From Lepidodermella squamata (taxonomy: Eukaryota; Animalia; Gastrotricha), in assembly GCA_047495785.1 (NCBI GenBank), contig JBLDXI010000009.1, positions 4,278,001 through 4,342,000 on the forward strand: a DNA stretch of 64,000 bases. The letters run 5' to 3'. Every line of letters starts with the position of its first letter. Positions within the stretch are counted from its first letter, which is position 1. Under the pieces are notes generated by a model. The model did no database searches. It was given only the letters and a program-made list of their open reading frames with translations, and was not told the origin of the DNA. This document shows, piece by piece, positions 16,626 to 29,158 of this stretch. A program made the position numbers and the translations under genes.

Positions 16626-17745
16626 GTAAAAAAATGCTAGCTGCAGTTTCCTCAGCTGTTGTTGCGCAAATGGCGCTGCTCAATCGTCGCTTGGTGAAAT
16701 TTGGCCGAAAATTCGTTTCGCTCGGGTAAAAAATAAATATTCATTCACTTTTCGTTTAGAAAATTTCCGAAAAAAATAGAAAAACATGGGGAAATAAAGT
16801 ATTTGCTTTTGATCGAGAAATAAAAAAAGTGGGACATAAGGCTACATTTTAAATAATACATTCTTTTGTAAAATCTCCAAAATTTCGAAATGCAAGGAAG
16901 CCTAGACTTTATTGAAGAATTTTTCATGTTAAAAATAGAACTTTTTCGGCGAAATGTGCTCAAATGCTTTTTCGGTGTTCAGTGCCCGGCGGACAATAAC
17001 AGTGTTCCAGGACGAAAACCATTAGCAATGACGGCGTTGTCCTGTGTTCGTTCTAAATAGCCGCAATTTTCCCGGCAAGCAGCGTGCACCAGTTAAAAAA
17101 CGTGAAAAGGTAGCTGGGTGGCGCGTTGGCAACGCACCTGCTGAAAAAGTGCAAGGTGGATCCTCACTCGAGATGTTTGTCGCACCCGAGGCCCAAAAAA
17201 TAACCTAATAATACGCACAGGGTGACTACAGCAGCGGTCAGTCGTCTCGACTCCTCGAGAGTAGTTATTATTATTATTCTAAGCAAGGTTATTGCTATTT
17301 ACAATCTTAAATAGGGGTGCCGCTGCGCAGCTTGGTCTGTCAATAGCCATTGAAACACCCTGCAACCCCGAAAGAATCATTCCGCCTCACTTGCCGGCGA
17401 ACAAATTTTTCGCCGTCTTTGAAAAATCTTTCAAATGATAATAATAAAAGTCCACATCTTCATCAATAACCAGCCTTGCATTTCGAGTGTATTTACTCGC
17501 CTAATACCGCCTCTCCACCGCCGCAAAATCGACACTTGAGACATACAAAAAGACAGTGGCTTTTATTTAAAAAATCCAATAATAATTGCGTTCTGGAAGT
17601 TGGAATTAATTAAAGGCCGGGTTTGATGATTAAATTAATTAGAAAAAAACAGGTAATAGTTTGGGACATTCACCAGGAGGGAAAAAAATTGTAAACATCA
17701 GAACGCAATTTGATGTCATAATAATAATATATATTGTTTTTTTCG

Positions 17746-19705
17746 TTAAATTTGTTCGTTGTTCGGCAATTGCTGGCCGTTTGGTAGGAAAAAGAACGAC
17801 GAAGCGTTGCAGATGCGGCGCAGTTGGGCGCGTTTGTTCTGGAACCAGACTTTCACCTGCGCTTCCTTAAGGTTCAACTCGACGGCTATCGCTTTACGTC
17901 GCGGCTCGTTCAAATAGTGATTGCACTCGAATTCTTCCTGAAAGAACAAAAAAGGAATAAGAATTTTGAAAAACGGATAAAGCTAACAAGCTAGGAAATT
18001 TTTCATCTTTAAATCACCCATTTTATTTGATCATATAAATCAGAGGGTGATTTTTTTTCAAAAATTAGAGTCTCGAAATTTCAGAATTTTTCAATTTTTC
18101 TTGAAATTTTCAAACAAATTGTGAGCTACATAAAAATTCAAATATTTTAATTTAAGAAATTTTGGGATTTTTTTAAATTCTTCAATAATTAAATTTTTAA
18201 ATTTAAAATTTTTGAGAATTTCATTTCTTAAATTCCTGAATTTTTCAAATTGAAACAAACATTGAACCAGTTCTCAAATTCTCCGTTTTCGAAGTATCCC
18301 AGTATTTTCAGATCATAATTTAATCTAGGTCAAAATCGAAAAATTTGTTGAATTAAGAAAGGGATTCTTTCTACTAACCTTTAGGCGCTTCAGCTGCTCC
18401 GCGGTGAAAGCTAGGCGGACCCTGCGTGACGACCGTGGCGAATCCGGCGGGGATTTAGCGCCACTCGATCGCGAATGGCTGGATCCCAAATGGCGCGAAC
18501 TGCCCGATCGACGCGCCTGCTGCTGGCTCGAATGTAGCGAATGGGAATGTTGCGAACCCGGCAATTTAACGCCGCTCCTATTCGGTACCACCGTGGTACC
18601 AGGGGTACCAGCCATCTGTTGTTGGTGGTTTATGGCCTGGGGCCGGTGGGTATACCTCGTGTAGTAGATCCAAAGTGGCCAAGTTGTGTTCTGGGAGTAG
18701 ACTTTACGAATTTCAGCCGGTTTGCTCAAGCCGTTCCATGAAAAATGGCTCGAATTGCTGTTACTACTGCTGTTGATACCAGTAGGTGATGACAGGGATG
18801 ATTGGGGGTTATTTGACAGGCTGTTGTTCGATGAAGCGAGATTAGAGATCGACGGATAGGAAGAGGCGCCATCTAGCTTTTGACCAGAAATCGTAGAATT
18901 CGATGGGCTTGGCTCTAAAAGATAAAAAAATATGAAATTTATGAAATTATTTACTATATTCTCTCAATTATTTAAAACTTGAAAATCTTGGTTAGCAAAA
19001 CTGAGAAACGATATTCAAAGGTAAACATATTTTTTTTAAAACAAATCAAGCGTCTTCTATCGATCGAGTACCATGTGATTGATGACATTTTAATTGATCA
19101 AACATCTAAAAATATATTCCAATTGTGCGACTTGTTGTCTGATATCGCGAAACTTCGATTTTAGTAATTTGCGTGAGTTATTAATTCATTATTAGCAAAA
19201 AATGATTGATAGGAAAAATCACGGTCTCCTATCGAACAAAGGGTACTTGATCGATAGATTTTCAAATTTTTCAAATTTTCTAAAATCTTCAAATTAAACG
19301 ATTGGCCATAATTTAAAAATTTGATAGGAAAATTTACGGCCTCCTATCGAACAAGGGGTACTTGATCGATGAATTTTCAATTTTTTCATTTTTTTCTAAA
19401 AAGCTTAAAATTAAACGACTATTCATTATTTTAAATTTGTTAGGAAAAATCACTGCCTCCTATCGAGCTAATGGTACTTGTTCGTTAAAATTAGGCTTAC
19501 CCTCTTTGGGCAGATTCAACAGACAATCGATTAGGAACCGCTTGCCACGTTCGCTAATACTTGACTTGGTAGTTGCGTCGGGAGATGTCGGGGCAGTGAC
19601 CGCTTCGATTGTTTTCGTCGTTGATGAGTCATCATCCACCATAATCTCGACATCGTCGGAGGCGGGGGGTTTCGAGTCACACGAAGAAACTTCAGAGTCC
19701 ATCAT
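17746..19705 (-). CDS. en: Engrailed-family homeobox protein, divergent (~310 aa)
   Basis: Exons 19705-19501, 18914-18379 and 17937-17746 join in frame. They encode EH1-like FLIDCLL, EH2-like WPLWIYYTRYTHRP, and the homeodomain RRVRLAFTAEQLKRLKEEFECNHYLNEPRRKAIAVELNLKEAQVKVWFQNKRAQLRR. Confidence 0.9.
19208..19490. repeat. ~115-bp minisatellite (about 2.5 copies) in engrailed intron 1
   Basis: GATAGGAAAA.T.ACGG.CTCCTATCGAACAA.GGGTACTTGATCGAT starts at about 19208, 19323 and 19439. Confidence 0.8.
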
Positions 19706-21169
19706 AGCAGGTAAGACCGACTCAAACTTGGCGTTATTGGCTATGCAGTTTTTGCGGAAAGCAATTATTCTCGCGAAATTACTCATCATAAGTAATGGCT
19801 TAGGTAGTTGGTTGATTATTGGAAAGGCCGAGCGAATTAGAACCATAATATCAACAACACCAGGTCATTAAAAACATGCCAAAAATGCGATATAGCAACC
19901 GTGGTACTGACAAGATGTGTAACAACTTGATAGGCTTGATAGTCCGCAGTGATTATCGAGCGATGAAAAGCCGAAAGATGATCATTGTTGCAATTTGCGC
20001 TTATATAAGCTCGCGCGCTAACGGGCCTCTCTCGTCAGGCGGCCAACGAAGCGCGCAACGATACGCTCGGGCGCGCTATCTGCGCGATGTTGCGCATCAT
20101 TGCGCTAACAATTATAGGTTCATTATTTTTTGCCCCGATCAATCGTGCGGCCAATATAGTATACTTGTTGATGCTGCGGTGGGTGTGCGCGAGCGATTTT
20201 CACGTCAAGCTCAGTTTCGCAACATGTGTTACTTGTCGATGAGCGGCGAGAAAAAACCAGTCTTCGATTAGCGTCACTGTCAGAATCGAGGTAATTGCTA
20301 TTTGTTGTTGTTTTACCTTTATAAACTCATGCACAGCCTTATCGCGTCATCCATGATTGTTCCGGGCTATTTACTTCTATGTCTTCGGTCACACTTAAGA
20401 CTCCACGAAACTGGATTCCACCCATTTCATAATTCCTCAAGACAAAGGACAGTTTTCAGCATTCAGCATTCAGCTGTTGTCGAAAACACTAAGCAACGGT
20501 GTATTCGAAATTCAGCTCCAATTTTCGACAAGACAACTGCATTGCCAATCGAAGCAGAATGTAATTGAATTACCTAAGTGATGACAGGTGTCTAATTGTT
20601 CCGCCAATTAAGCGTGTCAAAGACATAGTAAAGTCAAAGACAAATACCCCGCCATTTGTACTTTCCTTGCCACTAGCTTCCATTCATCACCAATCGAATC
20701 AGCAACAACTCGTCCCCCGTAAGCCAGCGTTTAACCAATTATTGCCTGGTAATTGGGCAAGGGTTAAACTCGGAATCTAAGACTTTTCACTTGCCTGTCA
20801 TAATTTAGCGCGACTTGCTTACCGATTGAGTTTTACCTTGTTCCCAGTATAATTACCCGATAATTTGTTGGCTAGTCGTTTTTTGCTGGTGCAACGTGTC
20901 ATTGCGCTATGAATCAAATTAAGCTGACTCGTGCTCTCTGTCACGCGCGATTTGCCTGAACAGTTTATTAAAAATAACGAAGAGTCCACGGTTGAACGAA
21001 TGGCTATAAGCAAGATATCCGTTTTCGGCTCTAGCGTGAAAACGGACTAATGCTCATTTTAGAACAACGAGTGAAGTGGCCTGAGAAATTAATGATCAAG
21101 AACATGACTAAAGACTAAACAAATCTGGACGAAAATAAAACGCTACGACCGAAATTCATAATTTAAAAT

Positions 21170-22549
21170 TCATCTAATTGGTTTTTTGTTAACTACAACG
21201 ATGACGCTGTTGTTTGGGGATGAAGATCTCGTAGAAGGTATTGGTATAGGATCAGCCGAGTCCAAATTCATGCCGTCGACTGTTTGGCTTCCTTCTTGCT
21301 TCTCGGGTTCGGATGAGGATTCAGTCTTCCGCTGGCAAGAGAATTTCGGGAAGCAGCGGTCGCGGTAGGTTGCCAAGACGTCCATTGCATCGATGTGGGA
21401 AAGAACTTCGTTGATAGTTCCGAACAGGGTTGACATGAAAATGAGGCCAAAAAATAGCCACAGAGATAGAAATACGCGGTACAGAGACTCTGTCCAAGGT
21501 TCTCGGTTGTAGGTTGAATCGTTCTCTTCAAACCCAGCCATAAGATCCCCAAATCCTGAGCAAAAAGTCGATTTGTTAGGTCTATTTAATCAGAAATAAT
21601 TTTCCTTACCAATGGTTGATAACGATATGAACCCAAAGTAAAGAGCTGTTGCGAAGTTCCACTCCTTCTCCATGAACCAGAACAGGAAAGCAGGACAAAC
21701 CAAGAAAAACAGAGAGCCAGCTAGTGATACCATGAAAATCGCGCAAATCGTCTTTGTGCGGAATTCATCTTCAGATTTGCGCATCGAATTCCGCTCGGCA
21801 AGTCGTTGGCAGGTCGCTACCAATTGCCTTCTCAGCTCTGCAGCTACAGCGATAAAAAGAGGTATCCCGATTACGGCGTAAATCACCGCACAAATTTGAC
21901 CCAGCGGTGTCACAGGTGCCATTTTCGCGCCAAATCCTACAGTAGCCAATAGGCCAATGCAGAAGAGAAGTGACCCAGGCAAATCCCATCTGTTGCTTGA
22001 TTTCGAACTCAATCTTTGATAATCTATATTAGCTCGGACCTCCTTAGTCGCGTTTCGGTAGTAAATCGTCAACAGCTGTCGATGAAACGTGCCGTAGTAG
22101 TAGTTACCAGCAATTGTCTCGCTAACCAGTTCAACCGAAATGTTGACAATTGAAATTTGATTTCCGTTCCTCGACGTGAATTCATTGATATCAGCTATAT
22201 TGTCGAAAGTCGCGTTTAGCAACTCGGCCTCGTTGTCGACTGCGCTAATTTGCTTGACAGGCGTTGCGATTACTCGGTAGTCCTGATTCTCCAATAGGCT
22301 GAAAGTGACTGTACCAACTGCAAGCCAAACGGCGAGCAGGAAGCAGTACACTCCGAAAATTAAGTTAACTTGATGAGATTGGCACTTTGTTAAGCTGAGG
22401 GAATTGACTGATCCTGAATACGGACTTGAAACCCGTGAGAAGATAGGTGGTTCTCTATTGACTGGTTCGATCAAAGGCGAATCAGAATGGTTACCAGAAC
22501 CATTCTCCGCCGGGCTGTCCGATTGACGTTGGCAACATTTAGCAGCCAT
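21170..22549 (-). CDS. K2P potassium channel 1 (~441 aa, 2 coding exons, outlier of the array)
   Basis: Exons 22549-21610 and 21555-21170; P1 TVGFG, P2 TIG|FGDLMAG; four hydrophobic segments. Confidence 0.9.
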
Positions 22550-23362
22550 TGGTTTTGATTTAGGAGGGTAAAGCGGCTTTTTGCTCAAGTCTGAAAATAG
22601 TATCAAATTCATTTTAAATTCATTGAAAATATTCGAAAGCTTGACGCGGGGAAAATGGGAGTGTCTTAATGAATGTTTATGCTAATAGGTCACGTAAATT
22701 TTAAGGAGGAAGATAAACAAAGGGTGGGTGTTTAAAAATTGTACGAAATATATTGCGCGTGAAATGATTATTACCTGCTGATGCTGCTGTGACCGACGTC
22801 AGCATAATAATTGTTGTCGCAGTTTTCACTGTTTATCGCGCGATTTCTTTTTGAAGCCGGCACGCGCGGCGAGCCATAAAACAGTTGAATAGAGGAGTAG
22901 GCGCGAGATGCAATATCACCCGAAAGGTGCGAAATATTGTGCGTGTGCGCGACTCTCCTCCTAAATGGTCGTGATCTTTTTTACCGCTCGCAATGAAAAC
23001 ATTAGAGCGCGAGGCGAAGGTAAATAATAATAACAATCATTAATCCTGTCAATTTTACAGGCCGTCGCCTTAAAGCGAGACTCGCTGCTCTACGTGTAAT
23101 GATCATTTTTCGATATCATTGCACGATGCACCTGGGTGATATTAATGAAGTGCGTTAAAAAGGCACGCCTCAAGTGCGGTCTAATGACACTGCGTGTGCG
23201 CGCGTGCCGCGGTCAATGCTGGCAACAGTAAAAAATTAATTAAAAAATTGTGCGACTGCACGCAACTTCCATTAATTTGGTACAAAACTCGCTAAGAGAC
23301 CCGAAACATTAATTCAGTACGTTGCTGGGCACGTTGAGAGTTCATTTGATCTCAATTGTTTA

Positions 23363-24636
23363 TTAGAGTGTATTTTCAGGTGTGCTTCGATCCACTACCT
23401 CATCTTCAAAAGCATTTATCTCCGTAACGGTTCCATTGTTCTTCCTTTTACATCTTCGAAGCCATTGTACAATTATATTGACGAGTAAATTCAGTCGAAT
23501 TTGCATTTCGTCCAAAATTATTGAAGTGTATGACATGCCGACGAATGTGAAAACGGACAAGAAAGTTCTGTACACCGCAAACTGCCATCGTTCAAAAAAT
23601 TTGTCATGCATGTTCTGACCAGCAATCAAATCACCAAATCCTGAAAAATATCAAGTGAGAATTTTGTTCGCACATCAAAGTTCAAACCTATTGTCAACAC
23701 AGTGATGAAGGTGTAGTACCAAGCGGACACGTAGTCCCATTTTTCCATGTAATGAAAAAAGCCCGACGTTCCAAAGATTAGAGCGAAGTATGCCGCAAAT
23801 AGGAAGATTTTCGTGACTAGCCAGGACCTCTTCTTAATCGATGCATTCTCATCCTCCGAAATCACTTGCACGACCTCCGAATAGTTGCTAGCTCCATCGT
23901 TAGTTGGATTAACCCGCAACTTCATGTCGACCCAATTCGAGTAATCACGTTTTAATCTCAGCGTCACGAAATACCGGATGATTCGTATGAACACATTTTG
24001 CAGCGGCTTGGAGGTCAGTAATGTTAGCTCCTTTATTTTCCCGATGGCGTTTAGGCAGATTGGTATCCCGATAATAGCGTAGAAAACGCAGAAAATCTTA
24101 CCAAACGTTGTTACAGGTGCCAAGTTGCCATATCCTATAGTAGTAACTACGGTCTTTGAAGCAAAAATAATTATTTCAACATCATCCAAGGTAAGAAAAC
24201 TGACCACACAGAAGTACAGTGATCCAGCGATATCCCATTTCGCTGTAGTAAGGATACTGTCTAGCTCATCAAACGAGCAGTTTGGGACCAACGTGACGAC
24301 AGCTCGTTGAAAAATGATTTCAGTGTAGCTTGACGTTGCATTTTTGAAGGTTTGGACCGACAGCAAATTGATGTTCTGCACGTCAAGACTTCGTAGGTTA
24401 ACCCCGTTCTCAAAGATCAAAGTTTCCTCAGAGCTGTTTTGGTACTGAATGACCTTCGGGCAGGTCGAGTTGTCGGAAATTTCTGCTATATAGTTCCGCC
24501 TTTGTTCAAGCTCAGCTGGGTGTTCCACGAAATGGAAACAGATCATGCCAAAACCGAGCCATAATACGTTCAGCAGATAACTGATCAATGCACTGATTCT
24601 AATCTCACAGGCAACATCTATTTCATCATCACTCAT
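23363..24636 (-). CDS. K2P potassium channel 2 (~391 aa)
   Basis: Exons 24636-24205, 24153-23688, 23640-23363; P1 TTIGYGN, P2 TIG|FGDLIAG. Confidence 0.92.
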
Positions 24637-24750
24637 TTTTCATGCTTAAAAGAAGTGAGAGACTGTTTAATGCGAACAAGCTACACTCTGCAAGTGTCTT
24701 CTGATTCAATATTTGCTTTCTCCTGATATCTCGAATTACGATATTTTTAT

Positions 24751-25759
24751 TCACGATTTATTATTGCGCCGACATATCTTCAATACAGCACAGCCTATGC
24801 TGTAGTTGATCAACATTTCTATATGGTCAAAAATGATTGACGTGAAGGCCATGCCAATGAATGCCGTTACTGATGTGAAGACTCTGTAAAGCGCCAGTTT
24901 CCATGGCTGATCCACAACGTCAGTTATGTATTGCCCAGCAACATAATCTCCGAACCCTGGATTCATAAATAAAGCATCAAATCAGGATAAAAGATCTTTC
25001 CTGGATCTTACCAATTGTTGAAACAGTGATGAAAGAATAGTAAAGACTTGTTAGGAAAGACCAAACTTCGGCGTAGGAAAGTATCGTCGTTGTCAAAAAG
25101 TAGTAGGCTGCATAGATGATCATAAATATGGCGTAAGTTCCCACCCAGCAGCGAATAATTAGCTTCTTGCTGGTCTCAGGCAGTTCATCGGTTCCGACTT
25201 TCTTGCATCGGGATAGCAAAGCTGCATGTAGGACTCTTGCGTGGGCATAAACTGATTCGCGAATTCGACTAATAACATTTAGGCAAATAGGTATGCCGAA
25301 TGTTGCGTAGACTACGCAAAATACTCGACCCGCATCGGTTTGCGGGCTAAAATTGCCGTAGCCGATAGTGGAAATTACTGTCTACAGCGAAAAAGTGATT
25401 TAGCAATAAGAACGCGACTCGAGGCTTACTATGCAAAAGAAAAGTGATCCTGCAAGCTCCCATTTCGACTCGCCTTGAGTTTCATTCTTTATCCGAGAGC
25501 AGTCCACAATTTCTGCCAATTTCAACGTTTCAGCCTTGGTTAGAGCAGAGTTATAGCTCGAATTAGCTGCATACAGAATAATAGGCGTTTCGAGGCTGAT
25601 GTTGCTGCATTTCGCTAGTTTATCGCTAAGAATTCTAGATTCATTCGGCCTCTCGATTATGTGAAATATCGCCATGCCGAAGACGAGCCATATAATTATT
25701 AATCCGTAGCTCAATAGAATACCGAATCGCAATTCTGATAGGGTTGGCGAATCAGCCAT
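24751..25759 (-). CDS. K2P potassium channel 3 (~301 aa)
   Basis: Exons 25759-25430, 25381-25012, 24956-24751; P1 STIGYGN, P2 TIG|FGDYVAG. Confidence 0.92.
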
Positions 25760-26001
25760 TAATTTAGCCAAACCTATACATTAATAGTATATTACCTCGG
25801 GATTTATCAAGCTACTGAGGACTGAGGATATCAGAAACAGCAATGACATACAGCAAATGAGCAAACGTAGCTTGCCATGGCACGAATGCAGTATTAATGG
25901 ATTGTCGGCTTCAATCAATTGAAGCCCAAATAATTCCATCGGAAATTTGTTTACACTGACATGGCTTATAATAGATTTCAGAACAATCGTGTTTATCCTC
26001 A

Positions 26002-26048
26002 TAGAGAAAGAGAGAGAGAGAGAGAGAAAAAGAGAGAGAGTCTCTCTC
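26002..26048. repeat. (GA)n microsatellite
   Basis: Interrupted AG dinucleotide run followed by TCTCTCTC. Confidence 0.8.
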
Positions 26049-26539
26049 ATAGGTGTTCTGTGAATCTATGGGAGCAAGACGATATCTTCTACGAAGCCTA
26101 TAAATAAATACTTAGCAATAAAAATCACTGGAGAAGAACATGCAGACCTTCCTCTTAACGAAAAATCAAATTTCCGCCAACCTCGATAGCTCTCGATCTT
26201 TGAATTCCTTCTCCTTGAGACATATACTGAGTGATCAATTAGCAAATAGTCAACTAATTTCATCCCTGTTGATAAGAAAGTTTCGCGTAGGCTTGGTGCA
26301 TTCCTTGTAAAAAGCCAGCTTAATCCTTAGTCAACCTTTCAAGGAAACCCAGTTTTATGACCACGTTTTGGTTGAAAACTGTCTCAAATCGTATCAAAAA
26401 TAGGTAAAATTGAGAAGAAAACAACCATGGAAGGGTGTTTTTCCATTTTCCACGCCAGATTTATTGATGGCCAGAAAATTTCCGGCTAAACCTAGTTGTA
26501 GAGATTTGCAGGTTCTGCATCTGCATCAATAATGCGAAT

Positions 26540-28705
26540 GCTTTAGAAATTAAGGAATTCTTCCCGGTGTTGAGGGCAGAACCGAGAATTCTGCCCGCTG
26601 AAAATGCCCGAGGGCGTAGCGGAGCGCAGCGAAGCGAAGCCCGAGGGTATTTTCAAGGGCTGAATTCGAGGTTTTGCCCGAGACACAAGGGAAGAGTTCC
26701 TGTTCCTTCCCAGTTGGTTATTTTCGTTAATCCGACACTCGGACGAGTGAAAATGGGGAATGGTGTATAGTGCGTATGAAAGATGACCGTTGTTAATAAC
26801 GAAAATAAGAAATCCAGCTTAAAATTTGTAGCAAATTTTTTTTTGAATTTTTTTGTTCGTTGTTCATTTCCTTGTTTTATTATCAATTGAATATTGCGAA
26901 TTTCCGTCGAATTTTCAATGGAGATCACTTTTGATATTGGCGACCTGGGCCTCGGTGCTCTCGCTGACGGCTCCGTGGAAGTGAAACAGCGCGAAGAATC
27001 CGATCCAATTCGACTTCTCGAACGAGAACTTGATGCTGATATCGAAGAAGAAGAATCCGATGAAGAGGGTGATACGTCGGAGTTCATTCAAGAAGTCGAA
27101 AATTTCGTGGCTGGTTTTGAAGCAAACGGCACAGCTCAGAAAACCAAGCAGCACTGGAGCCGATTTGTCGCATTTGTCGAGCAGCGATTCCACATTTCGG
27201 AGCAACTATTAGTTGAACTTACGGTCAAGGATATGGATCTCTATGTCGCTCTTTTTCTCAAGCAGTTGACGAAGACTGATGGTAGCGCGATGGAGCCGAC
27301 AACGATTCGAGGCATTTATTCCTCCATCATTCGCCATCTCCGCGATGTGACGAAGAACGAAATCAACTTCACCATGGCGAGAGTCGATTTCTTCTATAGC
27401 ATGAAAATGCTGAAATCCAAGTTTGTCGAATCTAAGCGTGCTGGAAAGGGAAATAAAGCCCGAGCATCTGAATGCCTAGAACGAGAAGATATTGATAAAA
27501 TGCGTGAGGCGAAAACGCTGACTGATGACACGCCAATCGGTTTGATCACGATGCTGTGGCTGGTTTTCACCGTGTATTTCGGTCTTCGTGGCCGTGATGA
27601 ACATCTACAAATGAAGTAGGTTGTTGGATTGCCATTGAAAAATTGTTAAATTGGCCATTTTCAGGTTTGGTGATGTCCAGCTAAAAACCGAATCTGGAGG
27701 TCGCAGGTATCTCGAATTCAACGAGCGACAGACTAAAACCAGGAATGGCGAATCAACCCACTCAAAACTGGCACCACGAGCATACGAGAACGGTGGCTTT
27801 TTCTGCCCGGTTCGATTGTTCCTTATTTTTTGTGCAAAACGACCGGGAAAGTTTTCGCGCCCGAGTGACCCAATGTATGTTGGTTGCCTGACCCGATTTC
27901 GACCCGACGGCCTCTTCTACAAATGCCAAAATTTGGGCAAGAACCCCCTTGGATCGCTCCTCAAGGACGCCGCTGTCGGTGCTGGTATTACCAAACGAAT
28001 CACGAACCACTCGGCTCGAAAGTTTCTCGTCTCAACCCTCTCTGAACTCGGTGTCGATTCTCGAAAGATCATCCAGATTACTGGTCATGCATCGGTCGAT
28101 TCTCTGAACAGTTACCACAAACTCAACACCTCTGAACGACGAAGTATCAGCGACAAACTGGCTGTCGGTTTCGGTGATGGACAATCAGCTGCAGTTTCGG
28201 GTGTGTCTGCACAAGAGATCAAGCCAACCGAAGGATTGGTGGTGGCCGAGTCGCATTTCTCGCAAACGCTGCTGCTTCGAAACGTCGAAAATGACCCGCG
28301 CGATGAGCCACCCGTAAAGCAAGCTAAACCCATGCCGATCTTCAATTTCTCGAATTGCTCCGTCGTTATTAACAATTAATCCGGCCCAAACACTTGTTTT
28401 AAAGTTTAAACATTCTAATAAAGGTTATTCACTTGTTCACTCGTTTGGTCAGAGTCTGAAGGTTGTAGTAAAGGGACTGGGAACGGAAATTGAAGTTGTG
28501 CAACATTATTTCAGGTGAGAGGTTTTCCCGAATTTTCGAGAGCATTAATTGATTTTCGAAAATAAAAAATCCACCCTAATCGTTTGAGCGGGCAGAAACA
28601 GCGGGCAGAAACATCGGGCAGAATCACTTTTTCCGTCTAGGCAAAAAATAACCAACTGGGCAGGAACAGAACGGAGGATGCCTTGAAACTAAAATGGCTT
28701 TAGAA
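26540..28705 (+). mobile_element. Crypton-type tyrosine-recombinase DNA transposon, apparently full length
   Basis: Single YR gene; terminal direct repeat GCTTTAGAA (26540-26548 and 28697-28705); 25-bp subterminal inverted repeat (26700-26724 and 28645-28669, 1 mismatch); ~106-nt hairpin at 26574-26679; three CGGGCAGAA repeats at about 28589-28623. Confidence 0.82.
26918..28379 (+). CDS. Tyrosine recombinase (Crypton/DUF3504-like, ~470 aa)
   Basis: Exons 26918-27615 and 27665-28379 (49-nt GT-AG intron). Catalytic set present: FGLRG (R), TKT (K), TNHSAR (H-x-x-R), ITGH (H), LNSY (Y). AATAAA at 28417. Confidence 0.88.
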
Positions 28706-28929
28706 TAACGCTCAAATTATGATGAATGAAGCAATGAAAATATTGTTGGTCTCGTTTGGCATTGTTTTACCGCTTCGATCGCTCGAGTTGCATAGACAGC
28801 ACTGTCTTATCAATAAATAATGTTACCCTCCTTTTACGCGATGTGACTAACACATACAAGTATTTTAATATAAATCGAAATTTTGATTAGACAAAACGTT
28901 CAAACACATTGCACAAGGAAATCAATCGT

Positions 28930-29090
28930 ATATCAACTAATCGGATGACATTGTTTGATTAAAACATTAAGCGAGTGCGCATTCTGCAGATTTCTGTTCT
29001 TTAGAATATGTTTTTTTGATTGCTGCTACTTGAATTATTTTCGCACACTGGCAAAGCCGTTAAGTAATGCCGCCAATCACGTTATTGAAG
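28930..29090 (-). pseudogene. Degenerate remnant of the 3' end of K2P gene 5
   Basis: Aligns by eye with 33180-33340 (TTCTGTTCTT...TGTTTTTT.GATTGCTGCTACT...TTTTCGCA.ACTGG.AAAGCC). Confidence 0.7.
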
Positions 29091-29158
29091 AAAGCGGGGT
29101 AACTTATTTCATCCGACAACCAAACATGGGACTAAAACCTGCCGCATTGCTTTTCCAT

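Noticed and set aside
19706-19871. Longer N-terminus for engrailed and the antisense 169-aa ORF
   Set aside because: The extension is not supported by any motif, and ATG-ATG at 19705 gives a typical acidic/Ser start. An upstream in-frame ATG is not excluded. The antisense ORF is a shadow.
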